Part shown: in pieces, positions 33,863-36,881 of the stretch
Numbering within the stretch: position 1 is the first letter of the stretch
Layout of the letters: each line of letters opens with the position of its first letter
Source: Candidatus Uhrbacteria bacterium
GTDB lineage: Bacteria > Patescibacteriota > Patescibacteriia > UBA9934 > GWF2-40-263
Assembly (NCBI GenBank): GCA_016205975.1
Contig: JACQSK010000015.1
Location: forward strand, 76,624-113,504
Length of the DNA stretch: 36,881 bases
Direction of reading: 5' to 3'
The notes under the pieces: generated by a model
Database searches by the model: none
The model's input: the letters and a program-made list of their open reading frames with translations, nothing else
What the model was told of the DNA's origin: nothing
Position numbers and translations under genes: made by a program

Positions 33863-35122
33863 ATGACAGAAGAGATCTACGCAGGTCTGGACGTGGGGAC
33901 GTATGCCATCCGTGTGGCTGTTGGCAAACTTGTTCCCTCGCCGGAAGGTGGCGAACAAATTCATATCATCGGTGCGGTCGAGGTTCCCTCCGCTGGAGTG
34001 AGCAAGGGCACGATCACCAATCTGGAAGACGCCGTGTCTTCGATTTCTCGCGCGTTGGAACAGGCGGAGCGTATTACCGGCGTGCCGCTCAATAAGGCCT
34101 GGGTGGGAATCAACGGCAGCCACATCATCTCGCAAGAGTCTCGCGGCGTAGTGGGCGTGGGCCGCAGCGACGGCGAGATCCGCGAGGAGGACGTCGAGCG
34201 TTCGATCGAAGCCGCACGCACAGTAGCCACGCCGACCAACTACGAGATCATCCACGTGATCCCGAAGTGTTTTACCGTTGACGGCCAGCGCGGCATCAAG
34301 GATCCGGTGGGCATGAACGGGATTCGGCTTGAAGTGGACGCGCTCATCATCCAAGGGCTAGGCTCGCAGATCAAGAATCTGACCAAAGCCGTGTACCGGA
34401 CCGGCATGGATATTGAAGACTTGGTGTTTTCCATTCTGGCAACCGCCGAGGCGGTCGTGAGCGAGCGGCAGAAGGATCTGGGCGTGTGCGTGGTAAATAT
34501 CGGCGCGGCTACGACGAGTCTGGTGGTGTACGAGGAAGGGGACGTCCTGCATACGGCCGTACTGCCCATGGGGTCGGACCATATCACCTCGGATATCGCG
34601 ATCGGCTTGCGCACCTCCATAGAGGTCGCCGAGCAAGTGAAGCTTCGCCATGCGACGTGCCAGCCTGAGGACGTGACCAAAAAAGAAGAAATCAACCTGG
34701 CAGAGCTCGGCGCCCCTGAAGACGAAGTCGTCGGCAGGCGGTTTGTGGCCGACATTACCGAGGCGCGCGTGCAGGAAATTTTTGAACACATCGATCGTGA
34801 GCTCAAGAAAATCGACCGCTCCGGCATGCTGCCCTCCGGCGTCGTACTCACGGGAGGCGGAGCCAAACTCGTTGGCATGCTGGATGCGGCCAAGGCATCG
34901 CTCAGGCTTCCGGTCTCCTTAGGGACGCCCATCGGCGTGTCCTCCGTGATCGATCGCATCAACGATCCAAGCATGAGCACCGCGATGGGACTCGTCTTGT
35001 GGGGGCGTCATATTCGCGGCATGGGAGGGCGTCATGGTCTAGGCGGGCTCCTCTCATCGTTTGGCGACATGGAAAAAATTGGGAGCGGGCTGAAAAAGTT
35101 GTTTAAGGCACTCAAGCCGTAG
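33863..35122 (+). CDS. ftsA: Cell division protein FtsA
   Basis: [39 protein letters not shown]...[17 protein letters not shown]-terminal amphipathic helix. TATACT at 33846. Confidence 0.96.
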   Translation: MTEEIYAGLDVGTYAIRVAVGKLVPSPEGGEQIHIIGAVEVPSAGVSKGTITNLEDAVSSISRALEQAERITGVPLNKAWVGINGSHIISQESRGVVGVGRSDGEIREEDVERSIEAARTVATPTNYEIIHVIPKCFTVDGQRGIKDPVGMNGIRLEVDALIIQGLGSQIKNLTKAVYRTGMDIEDLVFSILATAEAVVSERQKDLGVCVVNIGAATTSLVVYEEGDVLHTAVLPMGSDHITSDIAIGLRTSIEVAEQVKLRHATCQPEDVTKKEEINLAELGAPEDEVVGRRFVADITEARVQEIFEHIDRELKKIDRSGMLPSGVVLTGGGAKLVGMLDAAKASLRLPVSLGTPIGVSSVIDRINDPSMSTAMGLVLWGRHIRGMGGRHGLGGLLSSFGDMEKIGSGLKKLFKALKP

Positions 35123-35179
35123 AGGCTACACAGAAAATACATGTCAAAAGAAGATATACACATCTTCTTTTTTCTTTTC

Positions 35180-35207
35180 TTGACACTCAAGGAGGCAGTG
35201 TTACAGT
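35180..35207 (+). promoter_or_regulatory. Putative ftsZ promoter
   Basis: TTGACA-16 nt-TACAGT with TG extension. Confidence 0.5.
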
Positions 35208-35283
35208 GTCTTTGATTTTTGTGCTCAACAGAGCTACTAATGAACACCGTATGTGTTCAAGACGAATTCACTTGAATAAATCT

Positions 35284-36504
35284 ATGGCACAAGTAAAACC
35301 AGAGATCGAGACGTTTGCGAAGATTAAGGTCGTCGGAATCGGAGGAGGCGGCAGCGCGGCTGTGCATCGCATGATTAGCGATAACATAAAGGGGGTGGAG
35401 TTCATGGTGATCAATACGGACGTGCAGGCGCTCAATCAAAGTCTCGCGCCGCGAAAAATCGTTATCGGAAAGACGATCACGCGTGGACTGGGAGCCGGGA
35501 TGAACCCGGACATCGGCGCGCGCGCCGCAGAGGAAAATCAAAATGAAATCCGCGAAGCGCTCTCCGGTTCCGACATGGTGTTCCTCACCTGCGGCTTAGG
35601 AGGCGGCACGGGAACTGGCGCCATCCCAGAGGTCGCCAGGCTCGCCAAAGATATCGGCGCGCTCACCGTCGCCGTGGTGACCAAGCCGTTCACCTTTGAG
35701 GGCGCACAGCGCCGCCGGATTGCCGACGACGGGTTTGAGAGACTCTTGCAGCACGTGGACGCCATCATCACGATTCCCAACGACCGCGTCTTGCAAATCA
35801 TCGACAAGAAGACCTCGCTCATGGACGCCTTCATCGTCGTGGACGATGTGCTGCGCCAAGGCGTGCAGGGGATCGCTGAGCTTATTACTATCCCGGGTCT
35901 CATCAACGTGGACTATGCGGACGTGAAGGCCATTATGGAAAACTCGGGTTCCGCGCTCATGGGTATTGGCCGCGCCAGCGGTGAAAACCGTGCGGTGGAG
36001 GCGGCCAAGCAGGCGATCGCGAGTCCCTTGCTCGAGCTCTCTATCGATGGCGCCAAGGGTATCCTTTTCACGATCTCAGGCGGCAGCGATCTGGGTATGC
36101 ATGAAGTTGCCGAGGCCGCAAAGGTTATTACGAGCTCGGCCGATGAGGATGCGAAGGTAATTTTCGGCGCGAACGTCGATGACGGTATGACCGATGAGGT
36201 GCGCATTACCGTAGTGGCAACCGGATTTGATTCCCGCGAGCGCCGCACCAAAGCACCAGGCACCGTCGAAGTACAGGCGCAGGGCACCTGGGCGCCAAGC
36301 CCGCTCCTGCGCGTGCGCGAAGAAGAAGCGCCACGCCAGCGCCCAAAGGTGAACTATCAACCGGCCGCTCCGATCGAGCGCCAGGGAAGCCCGTCTCCGG
36401 TTGTGCGCCGAGAGTCGCCTGTCAAAGTGGCGCCAGCGCCAGCCATGCAAAAGGATGAAGAAGAGATTGAGATTCCGGCGTTCATCCGCAAGAAGATGAT
36501 GTAG
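35284..36504 (+). CDS. ftsZ: Cell division protein FtsZ
   Basis: [44 protein letters not shown]-terminal EIPAFIRK. Start at ATG 35284. Confidence 0.98.
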   Translation: MAQVKPEIETFAKIKVVGIGGGGSAAVHRMISDNIKGVEFMVINTDVQALNQSLAPRKIVIGKTITRGLGAGMNPDIGARAAEENQNEIREALSGSDMVFLTCGLGGGTGTGAIPEVARLAKDIGALTVAVVTKPFTFEGAQRRRIADDGFERLLQHVDAIITIPNDRVLQIIDKKTSLMDAFIVVDDVLRQGVQGIAELITIPGLINVDYADVKAIMENSGSALMGIGRASGENRAVEAAKQAIASPLLELSIDGAKGILFTISGGSDLGMHEVAEAAKVITSSADEDAKVIFGANVDDGMTDEVRITVVATGFDSRERRTKAPGTVEVQAQGTWAPSPLLRVREEEAPRQRPKVNYQPAAPIERQGSPSPVVRRESPVKVAPAPAMQKDEEEIEIPAFIRKKMM

Positions 36505-36513
36505 AGAGATAAA

Positions 36514-36542
36514 CAAACGACTGGGGCGTTCCGGTCGTTTTT
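36514..36542 (+). terminator. Terminator after ftsZ
   Basis: AAACGACTGG-GGCGTT-CCGGTCGTTTTT. Confidence 0.7.
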
Positions 36543-36570
36543 GATACAATGAATCGGTTGGAAAACGAGA

Positions 36571-36711
36571 AAGACCTCTGCAAAACTCGCTCTCTCATTA
36601 AGAACGGGCCTGCCAGCCGTCGCTGAAGCTATGGCTGGTCTTTGAAAGGCCCTTTGAATCGAACTGAATTCAAAGCCCCTTTAGGGGCCTGAGATCTTTT
36701 GCAGAGCTCTC
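36571..36711. mobile_element. Second MITE-like element with the same terminal repeats, degenerate
   Basis: AAGACCTCTGCAAAACTC (17/18 identical to the copy at 18219) and TTTTGCAGAGCTCTC (36697-36711). Hairpin-rich interior differs from the first copy. Confidence 0.6.
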
Positions 36712-36734
36712 AAGAAACCATGTTGTAAGTCTCT

Positions 36735-36881
36735 ATGCACCCCTCCCTCGAAAACCCATTCACCCCAGAACCCAAGACTCCCCGCAGTCGTGACGACGCC
36801 GAGATGGTCGGGAAGATTTGTGGTCCTGAAGCGGAAGCAGCCATGAGATCGCTGGGAGACAAGCCTCCCAGGTCCACTCCA
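36735..36881 (+). CDS. 5' part of a hypothetical protein (truncated by window end)
   Basis: CT-ATG start; open frame MHPSLENPFTPEPKTPRSRDDAEM... runs to the end of the window. Confidence 0.45.
   Translation, partial: MHPSLENPFTPEPKTPRSRDDAEMVGKICGPEAEAAMRSLGDKPPRSTP

Noticed and set aside
1-36881. Alternative genetic code (TGA=Gly, as in Gracilibacteria/Absconditabacteria)
   Set aside because: Conserved genes such as parA, dprA, pth, ybeY and dgkA end at TGA at their expected lengths.

Overview
Bacterial chromosomal window using the standard code (TGA is a stop). Gene content points to a Patescibacteria/CPR (Parcubacteria-like) genome; this is inferred from the VirB2/TrbC-type pilin fusions, truncated Rel, ybeY-dgkA-ftsA-ftsZ outside a dcw cluster and scarce Shine-Dalgarno sites. 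The left half is mostly housekeeping: GT4, 3 tRNAs, parAB, rel, topA, dprA, pth, an inserted NYN nuclease gene, der, an LCP protein, tRNA-Val, lepB, hisS and rpsU. From 17.4 to 33 kb lies a large cell-surface locus. It has a YqeY protein fused to a pilin, a 604-aa pilin-Ig protein, a 3418-aa acidic Cys-rich pilin-anchored giant (Ig/IPT, Cys repeats, an embedded type IV/GspG-like pilin head, C-terminal vWA) and three membrane-anchored proteins with thrombospondin-type-3-like Ca-binding repeats. The locus runs directly into ybeY-dgkA-ftsA-ftsZ. Other signals: a promoter-plus-terminator small-RNA unit facing the 3' end of the NYN gene, two MITE-like elements that share terminal inverted repeats but differ internally, an initiator tRNA lacking one of its three G-C pairs, and a strong T bias just before start codons with several near-leaderless promoters. 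Domain calls come from visual motif recognition; no searches were run.
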